A stretch of DNA of 64,000 nucleotides, from assembly GCF_001194135.2 (NCBI RefSeq), contig NC_068993.1:2534458-2598457 (forward strand). The letters are read 5' to 3'. Of this stretch, positions 1 to 13,223 are shown piece by piece (the stretch's first letter is position 1; each line of letters begins with the position of its first letter). The DNA is from Octopus bimaculoides. Taxonomy: Eukaryota. Under the pieces are notes generated by a model. That model did no database searches and was not told the origin of the DNA. It saw nothing but the letters and a program-made list of their open reading frames with translations. A program made the position numbers and the translations under genes.

Positions 1-90
1 CGCACTGCTAAGTTACAGGAACATAAACAAACCAGCATCGAGTGTCAAGCGATGGCAGTGGAAGACCAACACAGACACACAGACACATAA
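1..90 (-). mobile_element. Partial SINE family A (3' half, reverse orientation), cut by the window edge
   Basis: Matches the reverse of the post-microsatellite segment seen in the copies at 22078-22445 and 59800-60220 (gctaagttac...accagcatcg..tgtcaagcgatg...acacagacacac). Confidence 0.75.
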
Positions 91-92
91 AT

Positions 93-420
93 ACTGGCTG
101 TATTGTAAGAAACTTGCTTCCCATCCACATGGTTCCGGGTTCAATCCCACTGCGTGGTACCTTGGGCAAGTGTCTTTTACTATAGACTCGGGCCGACCAA
201 AGCCTTACGAGTGGATTTGGTAGACGGAAACTGTAAGAAGCTCGTCGTATATATATGTGTGCGCGCGCGCGCGCGTGTGTGTGTCTGCGTGTTCGGCAAA
301 AGAGACCGATAGAATAAGTACTAGGTTTACAAAAATTAAGTCCTAGGGTCGATTTGTTCGACTGAAGGCGGTGCTCCAGCAAAGTCGGAGCCAATTGAAT
401 AAAACAAATAAAAGAATACA
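93..420 (+). mobile_element. tRNA-derived SINE family A, near full length, with internal (TA)n(CG)n(TG)n tract
   Basis: Head tggctg..gtaagaaacttgcttcccatccacatggttccgggttcaatccc (A/B-box-like), body ccttgggcaagtgtc...gtggatttggtagacggaaactg, microsatellite, then aagagaccgatagaataagtactagg...ggtcgatttg...ggcggtgctccagc and an aaataaaagaa tail. Same layout at 22652 and 44415. Confidence 0.9.
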
Positions 421-1152
421 CGCACAAAACTCAGAGCTATTCTTTAACGTCAGTGATGGAGGCCTTAAATACTAGAAGAACAACAGGGGCCAACAATGCA
501 TACACTTTTGTTAGAACGGTCAGTGTTAAACAGTAATTTCTGTTGCTACTTACGCTGTTCTCCCTCTTTCTCCCAGCGACCTAGGATGGGCGACCTTCGA
601 GCTTCAGGATCGAGTTTACATAAAGTGCAGCAAAAGTGAGGGGGTGTGTGCTCATGACGATATGGATATCTAAAACAATTAGTGATTTCATGCTACCAAG
701 TCATTGTCGGTTGCGAATGACGGACATAGTCGTAAATTTTAGATATACATCCATATATATATAAATATGTAGTGTACGTGGTTAGTATATATAAATATAT
801 GTATAGATGTGTGTGAGTGAGTGTGTGTATGTGAGTGTATTTATGTATGTGTGTGAGAGAGTGTGTGTGTGTGTGTGTACCATGGTGTATTTGATGTGTA
901 TTGCTTGCCGTTGTATATCAAAATGAAGTCAGACACTGATAAATGTTATATAAAAATGTAATTTACTATTCTGATAACTTTGTCTGTCACATCAGAGAAA
1001 AACATCCATGCCTTGTTTTGTTTTCATGTGAGTCATCAGAGGCATGCATTCATTTCTGACTAATCTACAGTCTGAAACATTTTCATAAAGAACACACTAT
1101 TTTTATAATGCCTAATCAATGTCTACAAATACGTGTATTGTAATGCACGTGG

Positions 1153-1206
<54 letters not shown>

Positions 1207-2029
1207 TGCACATACAAGCACACATGTGTGTGTGTATGCTGTTGTATCTGGAATGATGCATTTTATATGATTCACTGCCATTAGCTATTTTATAATTATA
1301 TTAGTGTGTATATCCTGCTATACTTTGTAGAGTGTTAAATATTTGCAGCTCTCACTGATCCTGGCTGAATATTTGATCATTATGTTGGATATTGTTTGAT
1401 ACGGATTTAGCGATAGAAGTGTTTCTAATGTGTATCATTAATTTCTAATACAGGCAGCACCAGATGTCAAATATTCAGTAGAACAAACAAAACAAGTCGT
1501 TTATCATGGTCTTCAGTGCTTCACCAATATTTTATTCACTTCAAACTCAATACATTCCCGAACGGACAATAAGAAAACCTAATCTTGGCGTAAATCGAAA
1601 TCAGAACGTGAAGAGGTGTAACTCAATACTGTTTCAATACATACAAGCATAATATTGATTATTTATATACGCACAAGACCCCCCAACTGGTTAAATTTAG
1701 AGTTCCACGTAAATTATCCCCGTCCAGTCTGCTTCCAGTGGTTAAGGAATTACTATACCAAATAGTGTTGCTAGTTATGACCATTTATGATATGCCGAGC
1801 AAATGTAGAGGAAATTATGGTAAACGCAAGTTTATATTGTTAGTTCCCACGTACATCATTGTGGTTGTGTAGAACTCTACGTTTGGATGTTGTCAGTTCA
1901 TCTGGATGCTGAACTACAACAGATCATTGAGGAACACTTTATTGTCTTATGTTAGAGATAACCAGTGCCTCGAGTTGGGTAGATTGTGATGCATTTTATA
2001 GGAATTTTGAGAGGTATGTAGAAGGAAAG

Positions 2030-2385
2030 CAACTGGAAGGAAATGATAAAGAGAAATTAAGAAACAAAAGAAAGGCAGAGAGCAAAGAAAAAGAAACGAC
2101 AAAACAGAGAATGAAGAGAGAGAGAGAGACAGAGAGAAGACTGAGAAAAGTACGGAGAAAAAAGAAGAGAGAAATAAATAGGAGAGAAGGAGGGAAGGTG
2201 AGAGAGACTATGTTGGACAGCTATAATAAGGATAAGCAAAAATATATATAAACAAACTGATGAAAGAAAATAAATAAATAAATATAGCCAAGAGCCAGAG
2301 AAAGAAGAAAAAGGAAAGACAAGATACATAATGACAAAGAGGAGGAAATAAATAGATTATGAAAAAAAAAGGGAGGAGACAGTTA
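2030..2385 (+). repeat. GA-rich polypurine low-complexity tract
   Basis: Long run of agag/aaag motifs; explains the K/R/E-rich pseudo-ORF 1949..2251. Confidence 0.8.
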
Positions 2386-3249
2386 ATTGTGAATTCAGTT
2401 AAGATATTGATTGAAAGCAAAAGATATTGGAAAATAAATAAAGAGTTCCCTGATGATCTATTGTCGTTAAGCATCCGACTGCACTTGGAACATCCAACGC
2501 CGAGTTGCAGACAGTCACCATAGGGAGACATAGATAGAAACTAATAATGTAAGGTTCTGTTTGTCGTAATGTCTCATGTATATATATATATATATNNNNN
2601 NNNNNNNNNNNNNNNNNNNNNNNNNNNNNNNNNNNNNNNNNNNNNNNNNNNNNNNNNNNNNNNNNNNNNNNNNNNNNNNNNNNNNNNNNNNNNNNNNNNN
2701 NNNNNNNNNNNNNNNNNNNNNNNNNNNNNNNNNNNNNNNNNNNNNNNNNNNNNNNNNNNNNNNNNNNNNNNNNNNNNNNNNNNNNNNNNNNNNNNNNNNN
2801 NNNNNNNNNNNNNNNNNNNNNNNNNNNNNNNNNNNNNNNNNNNNNNNNNNNNNNNNNNNNNNNNNNNNNNNNNNNNNNNNNNNNNNNNNNNNNNNNNNNN
2901 NNNNNNNNNNNNNNNNNNNNNNNNNNNNNNNNNNNNNNNNNNNNNNNNNNNNNNNNNNNNNNNNNNNNNNNNNNNNNNNNNNNNNNNNNNNNNNNNNNNN
3001 NNNNNNNNNNNNNNNNNNNNNNNNNNNNNNNNNNNNNNNNNNNNNNNNNNNNNNNNNNNNNNNNNNNNNNNNNNNNNNNNNNNNNNNNNNNNNNNNNNNN
3101 NNNNNNNNNNNNNNNNNNNNNNNNNNNNNNNNNNNNNNNNNNNNNNNNNNNNNNNNNNNNNNNNNNNNNNNNNNNNNNNNNNNNNNNNNNNNNNNNNNNN
3201 NNNNNNNNNNNNNNNNNNNNNNNNNNNNNNNNNNNNNNNNNNNNNNNNN

Positions 3250-3329
<80 letters not shown>

Positions 3330-4291
3330 ATGCATATGCGAATGTATGCATGAATATACATACACATGCATACACATACAAACGTACATATATATAAATA
3401 TGCACGCACGTATGTATGTGTATATATACATATGAGTGTGTGTGTGTGCATTTATGTGTACTACATTTATGATGCTTATCAATCATCAGTTTAAATCTCT
3501 TTCGTTTACTTCCTCTCCTATGTATATATATTGCATGTGGTCATATATCCTTACATTCATACATACGTACATATGCAAATGCGTGTGTCTAAACATGTCT
3601 ACATTCACGCACGCACACAAATATGAGTCATTGTGCATGCATGTATTAGAGCACTTAATTTTAAAGTAGTAATACTTGCTTTTAATGTGGAACTTTAACT
3701 AGTTGTGAATATATTTCCTTATTGTTTTATACCGAGAAGATTTAAGGAGATTGCTCCTACATATTTCCCAATGCACCAAGTTTTCCGCACCATCGCATAG
3801 TTCTGCTCATGAAGAGACTTTATATCCCGCTTTCTCCAAACAATAAACCTGGCCATTTCTTTAAAGTCAGGTCAACTTTGGAGAACACAAAATTAGAACT
3901 TCAAGGACTCACTACAAATATGGTCTGACTATTTTAAAGGGCAAATATATAGTATGAGAATGTCAAAGAATTAAGTGGGGAAATATGACATGCTTAAGAA
4001 AATATCAATTACATTTGTTTGGAAACAATTCTTCTGTTACTAAGAAAATATGATATATAACAGAAAAACTAAAAGCATGATCAATGTAACATCTTAGTGC
4101 CAAATCCTTTTGGCAAAATCAGTAGCGAGAATTAGTTCTTCTGAGAGACTCTATTTTTTACATAAAAACCTATGAGTTTTTCTTGTCAAAACTTATTTAT
4201 TATCAGTTATCACTAAAATTATATTTGGCATCACATGAAAATTTTGTTGAAATGGATGTCATGAAATTTTTATGAGAAATACATGTGTGCG

Positions 4292-4372
<81 letters not shown>

Positions 4373-5929
4373 ACGTTTGTATATATTGTAATTTGCAATC
4401 AACAAAGCATCGTGAAAAAAGGTAAAAGGAATCAAATATTTACAAAAATAAAGAACAAACTTTTGCTGATGTGAAATTTTCTATTTTTTGCTCGAGTTAT
4501 TGATTGCTGAAATTCAGACTCACATGAACACGTATTTTTATAATCCTAAAAACAGACTTCATACCAACTCATGAAATATTGGCTACAAGATATACACACG
4601 TGTATACATCACAAATGTTTGCACATGCACACACACAAGCTAATTTTCTGATATGATATGTATTCAATTTTTTTTTATATCAGCAACTTTGATTTTATAA
4701 TAAAAAAAAAATGCAAACATTTTTAATTTCTAATATTAGCCTCTATCTGTTATACGTTGTTATCCATCTGGAAAAAAATTATACCAGTGATATCATTAGG
4801 AAATTTATATTTATGTAGGAGGGGAGTAGGGATCAAGACTTTACAGATTCCTACAGTGGCAAATAACTCGTTATTACATTGAAACCATTGAATTCATGTA
4901 AAATAAAAAGGTAAAGTATTTCCATTTCAGAAACCAAAATTGAAACCGAAAAAACTAAATGGTTTCCTCACCAGCCTTCAACATTTTTGGTGGGGAATCT
5001 AATCTATAAAAACCAAAATCGATATATTTTAGATAAGATTTCTATTGAATGTATAATGACAAATGCATAGGCAAACTATTATAATGTAACTATTCGTATT
5101 TGTTATGTTATTATTTTGCGAAATCCATCATCGATATAGTTATTGCAAATGGCTATAAAGCGAACACATGTTCTATTTGGGTTATCTAAATTTTAGATAA
5201 CACATCAGATAAGTATATTTGGAAGAATAAATTATTTTATTCTTTTGTCATTTTACTAAATTCAGTTATTGGACTGTAGCTATGATGAAAATGTTTATTT
5301 AAGTTTTATACTTATTTTTTTTCTGCTCTCTATTTGGAGAACAGTCAGGTTACAGGACAAAAAGAGAAACAGCATAAATATGAGCATTTTCGTAGCACCA
5401 GCACCGAAAAGGTCGACATGCATTTGACGAGGCTTTTAGTTCATGTCGACCCAACAGTAAAAACAGTATAGTGGAGGAGCGTTCATAACCCCAACACTAG
5501 ATAAGTCAAGCTTGAAAGGGCGATAGCAAAAGGAGAATAAATGATCAGAGAGGGAATAGAGACATTGATGCCTGATGGGCAGTTGAGGGTACAAACTGGG
5601 TACACGAGGCACATGCGATCTGATGAGGTCCCTTGTGTTTTGAAATGCATATGTTTCCAGCTCTTTCCTATGTTGTGAAAGGGTGATAAGAATGAGAGAA
5701 GAGTGGAGTTCTGGAGAAGCGGTTAGAGAGGTCTATCAAGATCACTGGAAGCACTATATGGTCAACAGAAGCGATCCAGTGCTACGCTGAGTCACATTGG
5801 TAACATAATACATTAAGATTAAGAAGGAGAGTGATATGAGATATAGAGGGCATGAGCACTGGAGGTACGATTGATAATAGTGTGGGTGATAGACTCATGT
5901 GACGGAGGCAGGGTTATATACAGGTATAT

Positions 5930-5983
5930 AAGTGTGTGTGTGTATAAGAGAAAGAGAGAGAGGGAGAGAGAGAGGGGGGGAGA

Positions 5984-6042
<59 letters not shown>
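5930..6042. repeat. (GA)n microsatellite
   Basis: Visible gagagaga run. Confidence 0.95.
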
Positions 6043-6046
<4 letters not shown>

Positions 6047-6856
6047 AGCGACTGGCCATACGTTATACGGGAAAATGTCAAATTTTTTATAGTATTTCAA
6101 TTTTATGTTACTGCAATAATAAAATATATATTATTTTATTACATGTTCTTGTTAAGTCAGACGAGAAGAATGAAGTTAAAAGGACAAGAAAAATCATCAT
6201 TTGTCAACTCTGATTCAAATTTACGCCTTTAAGTGACCAAAATGGGATCGTTAGCAAAAGCCTTTACTGCTCTACTTAACACCCAGCGTGATGTTCATTG
6301 CTGAAGCATATAATCTCAGCCCAGTTGGTTTAGGGATTTTCTCATGGAGTTTGGCTTGAGAGGAAGATTGTGATGACTAAGGAATATATTTAGCAGTGGA
6401 AGCGATGTATCGAGAACACTGAAGATATTTTGAATTTTGCTAATTTTCTTTCAAATTTTGAAACTGGGATTTTCATTCTGAAATATCAGATAACGTATTT
6501 TGTTAATAAAAAAAAATTATCACACTGTTTTATATTCTAATTTCATTTAGACATTTTCTAGTTTCACTAATGTTTAGACCAATGCTAAATGGTTTGACTG
6601 CAAATATTGAAATGACGTTGCAGTAGCAGTAGTAGTAGTAGTCGTTGTTGTTACAGTAGCAAAGCTAAATTTATAAATTATGCATATGTGATAGGAATTT
6701 GGCGTTACAGTTACAGGTCTCGTATGAAATATAGCTTTAATAACATCACTATAAGGTGTTTTGTACGCATGAGTTGAATGTATTGGAATGTCATGAATAT
6801 TAGAATTTGAAAATAGATTTGAAACGATGTAAGTTTGTGAGAGATTGGTGCAGAAA

Positions 6857-6932
<76 letters not shown>

Positions 6933-7257
6933 CAGGTTGTAGTTACAGGATTTAACAACATTTTCATAAATCACACATACACATCTCATAATGCGCTGCA
7001 TTCAATCCTTGACCATAAATCAAGCCATGGTCTGTCGGTTTTATTCCAGGGACAGCTGTTGACAGTAGCAAATATCTGGAGACAGTTTTCTATCGTTGCT
7101 ATACATATGTCTTTCTTTTTTTTCTTGAATATATAGCTATTATTAGTGTTGCTTCTACTGTTGCTTTTGCTGCAGCTCTGCTATTGTTGTAGTTGTTGTT
7201 GCTGCTCTTCTTCTTCTTCTTCTTCTTCTTCTTCTTCTTCTTCTTCTTCTTCTTCTT

Positions 7258-7288
<31 letters not shown>

Positions 7289-7330
7289 TCCTCATCATCA
7301 TCATCATCGTCGTCGATGTCGTTATTATTA
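6857..7330. repeat. Trinucleotide microsatellites: (ATT)n at ~6857-6925 and compound (GCT/GTT)n(TCT)n(CAT)n at ~7150-7330
   Basis: Directly visible repeats. Confidence 0.95.
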
Positions 7331-7971
7331 CTACATTTTCTGCCTTTTGTTTTTATCATCATAAACCCACCCATTGAGGAACAAAAAGTATTTATTTATT
7401 TCGTTTTTCTTTTTTTTTACATAGTTTTTACTATTCGGTTTTTATGACACCAAAATCTGTCAAAACATCCATTTGGCTGTAATATTCCCTGGAGGTTGTA
7501 AAGTGCACTGGCAGCAGAAGCTGCAGAATGGATTGATAAATCGATCGGAGAAATAATTGCTGCTGCAATTTTATGTTTATTTATATATTTTTCTTCGTTG
7601 TTACCAACTCATGCACTTTTCCTCACGTCCTACTGGGACAACCTACTGGGATTTCATTTTGACAGCCTTTCGTCAACACCACATTGTTAAAAAAATATGT
7701 TAGCTGTCATTAATGAGATTGTGTTGTTTGTGGTAACAGTAACAGAGTCCTACATTATAATCATATAGATTAATAAACGGTAAAAGCTTGAATATATATA
7801 CATATATATTCATGCACATCGCGTGTGTATATGTATACAATACATATAAATATGGTACACACACAAACATACATATATATATATATATCCATATAGAGTA
7901 TATATTTATATACATATATATTTATATATACATACATATACACACACACACCCATATATATATATATATGC

Positions 7972-8004
<33 letters not shown>

Positions 8005-8754
8005 CAGGTACATCATAGATACATGTTGATATACTGACTCACATATACATACACATGCGCACACACACACGCATACACATAGCAAAGTGATATAACTGTA
8101 CATAATGTAACTTCCAACATTGTTTCTTATTTCTCTTTCTGTCTCGATGCATAAATGTTAAAATATTTACCATGTATCTGTTCGCTCTTCACTCACTCCT
8201 TTCATCCCTCTCTCCCTTCTTCACCTCACTGAATTTTTTCTTTCTCCCCCCCCCCCTACACACATAGAAATAATCAGGAAGCAAACGAACTCCCATCAGT
8301 TTCTATAAAGAACATTCTGATTTTTTTTCCCAACCAGTTAAACTTCCTACTTAATGAAGTGTAAGTAGTCAAGTTTTCCACAGCCACCTTTAAAGCTATT
8401 CTCAGTGAAAACTAGGGTGAAAATATATGACAGAGAATGTACCATCCATTCAAAAGGCTTCCTTACAGTTTCTGGCTATCTGCTCACCGTATTTTCACTG
8501 ACATGCCTTTAGTCAACCCAAATCTACAGCAACAAATACTAGCCTGTTTTGCCATGGCGTGGGTTTGAACCGGGGACCTTAACACATTATGACTGGGAAT
8601 TAAACATCTTAAATAAAACAACAGCAGTATGTCTGTATTCACACACATACCTGGTTGAATGAAAAGTTTTTACACATATATTTTAATCTACATTAAAAGC
8701 TGGGTTTCTAGGAATAATTATTCCAATCAAGTTTAGAAGATTTATTTCATGCTT

Positions 8755-8793
8755 CAAGCTGGCCCACAAAGAAAAATGAATTGGGGACCCCTG
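8755..8793. mobile_element. Possible hAT (Charlie-like) terminal remnant
   Basis: gctggcccac...ttggggacccctg resembles the reverse of the CAGGGGTCCCCAA terminus typical of Charlie-type elements; partner terminus not found. Confidence 0.3.
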
Positions 8794-9152
8794 AGCTAAA
8801 CAACAATAACAATGACAACAATATTCATAAAAGATTCCTTAAAATTTAGGTGACGTTTTGACTTGTCTAACAACAGCAGTCATTTGGATTCTCATCTGGT
8901 ATCAATATGCTATTATATATAGATTAAAGCATTCTGGAAGAGTAAAAATAATCTATAAATATCTTCGGTCTTTTTTCAGAATATTGCTGCTAGAGTTTAA
9001 ATTGATTCCTACATCTTTAAAGTATATATTTTAGATTTTCTGTTCACATTAAAAATGGCTTCTTTTGCCAAGGCAGTTACTAATTTGGGACAACTTTATC
9101 CAGAAAATATGCCTGCAACGTTATTCACTGTCAGATACGTCAATATTGAACA

Positions 9153-9230
<78 letters not shown>

Positions 9231-9489
9231 CATTATTATTATTATTATTATTGTTTTACTTTTCATAAGAAGAAAATAGAACATGTGGCTATACTCAATA
9301 GCATGCATATTTTCTGGTGATATTCAGCTTAAAGATAACTCCAAGTCATAAATGGGTAATTAAATATGTCACACTTGACCTTCCTCAAATAAATGCCATA
9401 TTGAAAAATGAACAGAGTTTTTTCCAATGTTGTGATCGACATCATCATCATCAACATCAGTGTTGTCTTCAATGTCATCATAATATATT

Positions 9490-9797
9490 GGTGTAGTTGT
9501 GCGGTAAGATGCTTGGTTCCCAACCGCATGGTTTTGGTGTTCAGTCCAACTGCATGACAGCTTGGGCAAGTGGCTTCTGCTATAGCCCGAGGTTGACCAA
9601 GACGTTTTGAATGCATTTGGTAGATAAAAGCGTAATGGGTGCTTTTACATGCTGTTACATACTCTTCTCTGTAAGCTACATTAAGGGTACGTGTGTCTTT
9701 GGAGTACTCAGCCATTTGCACATTAATTTCACAAGGAGGCTGTTCCGTTGATTGGGTCAACTGGAACTCATGTTGTTGAAACTGATAGAGTTCCACA
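9490..9797 (+). mobile_element. Composite of a degraded SINE A head/body (9490-9632) and a SINE D 3' part (9640-9797)
   Basis: gtgcggtaagatgcttggttcccaaccgcatgg...cttgggcaagtgg matches family A; ttaagggtacgtgtgtctttggagtactcagcc...gctgttccgttgattgggtcaactggaac matches the 3' part of the copy at 11867-12176. Confidence 0.7.
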
Positions 9798-9911
9798 GAG
9801 AGAGAGAGAAGGGGAGAGAAAGAGAAGGGGAGAGAAAGAGAGAGAGAGAGGTGTATGTATGTATAATGCATATAAGTAGGTATGAATTATGTATATATGA
9901 ATGTATATATG

Positions 9912-9945
<34 letters not shown>

Positions 9946-9992
9946 ATATAGATAGATATATATATGTATATACGTATATATGTATACATTTA

Positions 9993-10062
<70 letters not shown>

Positions 10063-10087
10063 CACACACATATATATGTATATCTGT

Positions 10088-10130
<43 letters not shown>

Positions 10131-10994
10131 ATATACATATATGGGAGATGTCACTAAATTGATGTAACGTTAGCCAGAAATATGAAAGAAACGTGTAAAC
10201 ACTTATTTTTAGAGTATTTAACTCCATTTATTTCGAGGTTTCTATAAAAAAAACACTGAACTGTACTGAAAACATATGAAAGCAGTACTCAGGTTGTCTT
10301 TGAAGCTTCCCAACTTGATGCAAGACATTTAAATAATGACCGGTACTACATCTAGCATTTCTATAACTTTGTCTTCACTCACCATCATCTTATTTACCAT
10401 GACACATCACACATCACACTAGAAACCTTGTAATACTTCATATCAAAACAGATAATCTTCACACAGTTTCCTAGCTTTAGATTAATTTCCACATATTACT
10501 AAGCCTATAATGTAAAAAGATGGCTTTCAATGGAAAAGAGAACTACTCTAGAATTACTTGTTGAAAAGAATAAAGATAAAATGTTTCTATTTTCAGGTTT
10601 GGATATAAGGTTAATATTGGTGAAAGAATACATTCTTTATATGAATTAGACCAACAAAATGAGGTCATTTTAAAATGATAATGAGTAGATGCTAAAAATC
10701 TAGTCCACACCTTGGTCTGTTAATAACCCTTTCTATCAGTAATGACCATGTTTTAGCAGTCATGTATTCTGGTATTTCCAAGAATTGTTCAAGTCCACGT
10801 ATATATTATCTTTAGGTTGATTCTATTTACAAATTATAGTTTCCCTGAAACTGAGTGGGGATTTTTTTTCATCTTTTCACTAACTTTTCTTTTTGTTATC
10901 CCATGAATTGACAAATATTGCTAATTGTATCTGTAACATATTTTTTTATTAACACTCTTTATATTTCTTCATGTTGTGGCTATAGATATTGTAA

Positions 10995-11190
10995 GAGGCA
11001 CAGTCACGGCTGTGTGGTAAGAAATTTGCTTCCCAGCCACGAGATTCTAGGTTCAGTACTACTACATGGTACCTTGGGCAAATGTATTCTGCTCTAGCCC
11101 TGGGCGGATCAAAGTCTTGTAAGTGGATTTGGTAGATAGAAACTGAAAGAATCCCGTTGTGTGTATATATATAAAAGAAAGAATAAATAG
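10995..11190 (+). mobile_element. SINE family A, 5' half
   Basis: gaggcacagtcacggctgtgtggtaagaaatttgcttcccagccac...ccttgggcaaatgt...gtggatttggtagatagaaactgaaagaatcccgttgtgtgtata. Confidence 0.85.
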
Positions 11191-11866
11191 AGTCAAAACG
11201 AAGAGGGAGCACGATTCGACGGGTGTTTAACGACCACTACACATTTGTCGAGACAACAGAGACCCACATATATACAGGATCTAAATTTAAATTAAATAAC
11301 GGTTTACCTGTATAATAAGACCTAGTTGTATCTCCTCAGGTGATATATAATCACTGTTCCTGTAAGCAAATGTTTGATTTCGATGCTAACACATTCAACT
11401 GACTCCTTTGAATCCAACAGATGCTGACAGTTTCAATCCGCTCGCTTTGAGCGTGCCTCTACACGCTCGACATGAGTGGCATTGTGTACCTTGTCTGTTT
11501 ACTTTGTTTCACTTGTTAGACGGGTAACTCTAAGAGTGGATGAGCTCCATTTTGTGCTCTAATATGTTCTTAACGGGATACACCTCAACTCTATATATAT
11601 GAGTGTATATATATATATATATATATNNNNNNNNNNNNNNNNNNNNNNNNNNNNNNNNNNNNNNNNNNNNNNNNNNNNNNNNNNNNNNNNNNNNNNNNNN
11701 NNNNNNNNNNNNNNNNNNNNNNNNNNNNNNNNNNNNNNNNNNNNNNNNNNNNNNNNNNNNNNNNNNNNNNNNNNTATATATATATTTAAAAGCAGCAGAA
11801 ATATAATAAAAGACTGTTACAGGAACTTCATCTTGCCTACAGCTATGACGTCTCCAGGACGCATAT

Positions 11867-12176
11867 GAAGGTGCAAGGTTTAGTGATTAGAGTATTTGGT
11901 TCATGATCATAAGGTCATGAGTTCGATTCCTGACAGGGCATTGTGTCCTTGAGCAAGGCACTTTATTTCACGTTACTCCAGTTCGCCCAGCAGGAAAAAA
12001 TTAGTAGTACCTGTATTTTAAGGGACCAGTTTCGTCACGCTCTATGTTATGCTAAATTTCCCTAAGAATTGTGTTAATGGTACATGTGTCTGTAGAGTGT
12101 TTAGTCATTTGATTGGAATCAGCTCTGTTGGTTGGATCAACGTGAACCCTCATCATCATAATTGAGACAGTGCCAG
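11867..12176 (+). mobile_element. tRNA-derived SINE family D, full length
   Basis: tRNA-like head with B box gttcgattcc (11921-11930), then ttgtgtccttgagcaaggcactttatttcacg core and 3' ggatcaacgtgaaccctc...gtgccag. Related partial copies at 9640 and 47955. Confidence 0.85.
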
Positions 12177-13189
12177 TTGGTAAAATATAAAAAAATGGCC
12201 TCTCCATTATAATTATGCCAAGTGCAATTTTAATGAATTCAAAATGTCTGTCTCACTACATGAAGTAGATTGACTCAAGTTTAACTATTTTTTATTCATG
12301 CAGATGGCATATCTGTGTAATTCTTCTCCACCATTATTTGCAGCTATACTTTTATCAATTGAAACAGTCTAAATATATAACATCGAAAGCACTTAAATGT
12401 TTCAAGTGTAAACAGCAAGAATCTAAAATAATAATCAATTAATTTACTTCGTCAAGTAAATCAGCACCACTTCTCCATAAAACATTCTTACCAATTCCAG
12501 CACCAAAACATTAACATCTATCAAAATCACTTCTAGAAAAGAATTTATCCAAATTTAGAATTAATCCTCAATAACTTTGGTTGTTTACTGTGGACAATGA
12601 AAATTTCCTGCAAAAAATTTTGGATGTAATTCTTTAGGCTGTTCTTTGAATTATTAAGCTTGACATAACACATTTACTTTTTCTCTTTGTTATTTCAGAG
12701 AACGCCTTTTTTTTCTATATACTTTGGAGCTATTTTTTCACTCTTTTAGCTTTACATTTCCAATAAATAGGCAGTAATTAAAGTCAGAATATTTATTAAA
12801 TTTTGAGGAATTATCAATGGACAAGCCTCAGGCATTGGTGCCCTTGAGGGACTTAGCACTTAAAAATGTTTATCCTATTAAATAATACATGACGAAGTTA
12901 AAATTATATCATACGAATACAGCAGAAGGTAAAACTTTGAAATATATATGTGTATGTATATGTGCGTGTATGGGTGTGTGTGTATGTGTATGTGTGTATA
13001 AATATATTTGTACATATGTATATATGCCTATATGTATGTATGCAATTAATAATTTTTCTTAATTTAATGTCTTGAGTAACACATAAATACACATGTCTAT
13101 GCATTCTATATATCTGTATATGTAGGCATGTGTGTGTGTATATATATATATCTGTAGATATATATATTTATATACATACATACACATAC

Positions 13190-13223
<34 letters not shown>

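Noticed and set aside
2399-3486. Longest ORFs in the track (and similar ones at 13.1, 14.4, 24.0, 35.0, 40.1, 47.3, 48.0 and 53.0 kb)
   Set aside because: They are open only because of N-runs and (TA)n/(CA)n/(GA)n repeats; there is no protein-like content.
5411-5451. 10-bp inverted repeat ggtcgacatg...catgtcgacc
   Set aside because: Short stem with a 21-nt loop; no element boundaries or RNA motif identified around it.
9329-9871. 180-aa minus-strand ORF
   Set aside because: It is the antisense reading of SINE A and D fragments plus microsatellites.
10597-10663. Possible 67-nt exon (FGYKVNIGERIHSLYELDQQNE) after tttctattttcag
   Set aside because: Weak donor (GAG/gtcatt), unrecognised peptide and no partner exon.
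11867-11940. tRNA-like sequence with A/B boxes
   Set aside because: It continues into a SINE body and has no complete cloverleaf; all tRNA-like hits here are SINE heads.
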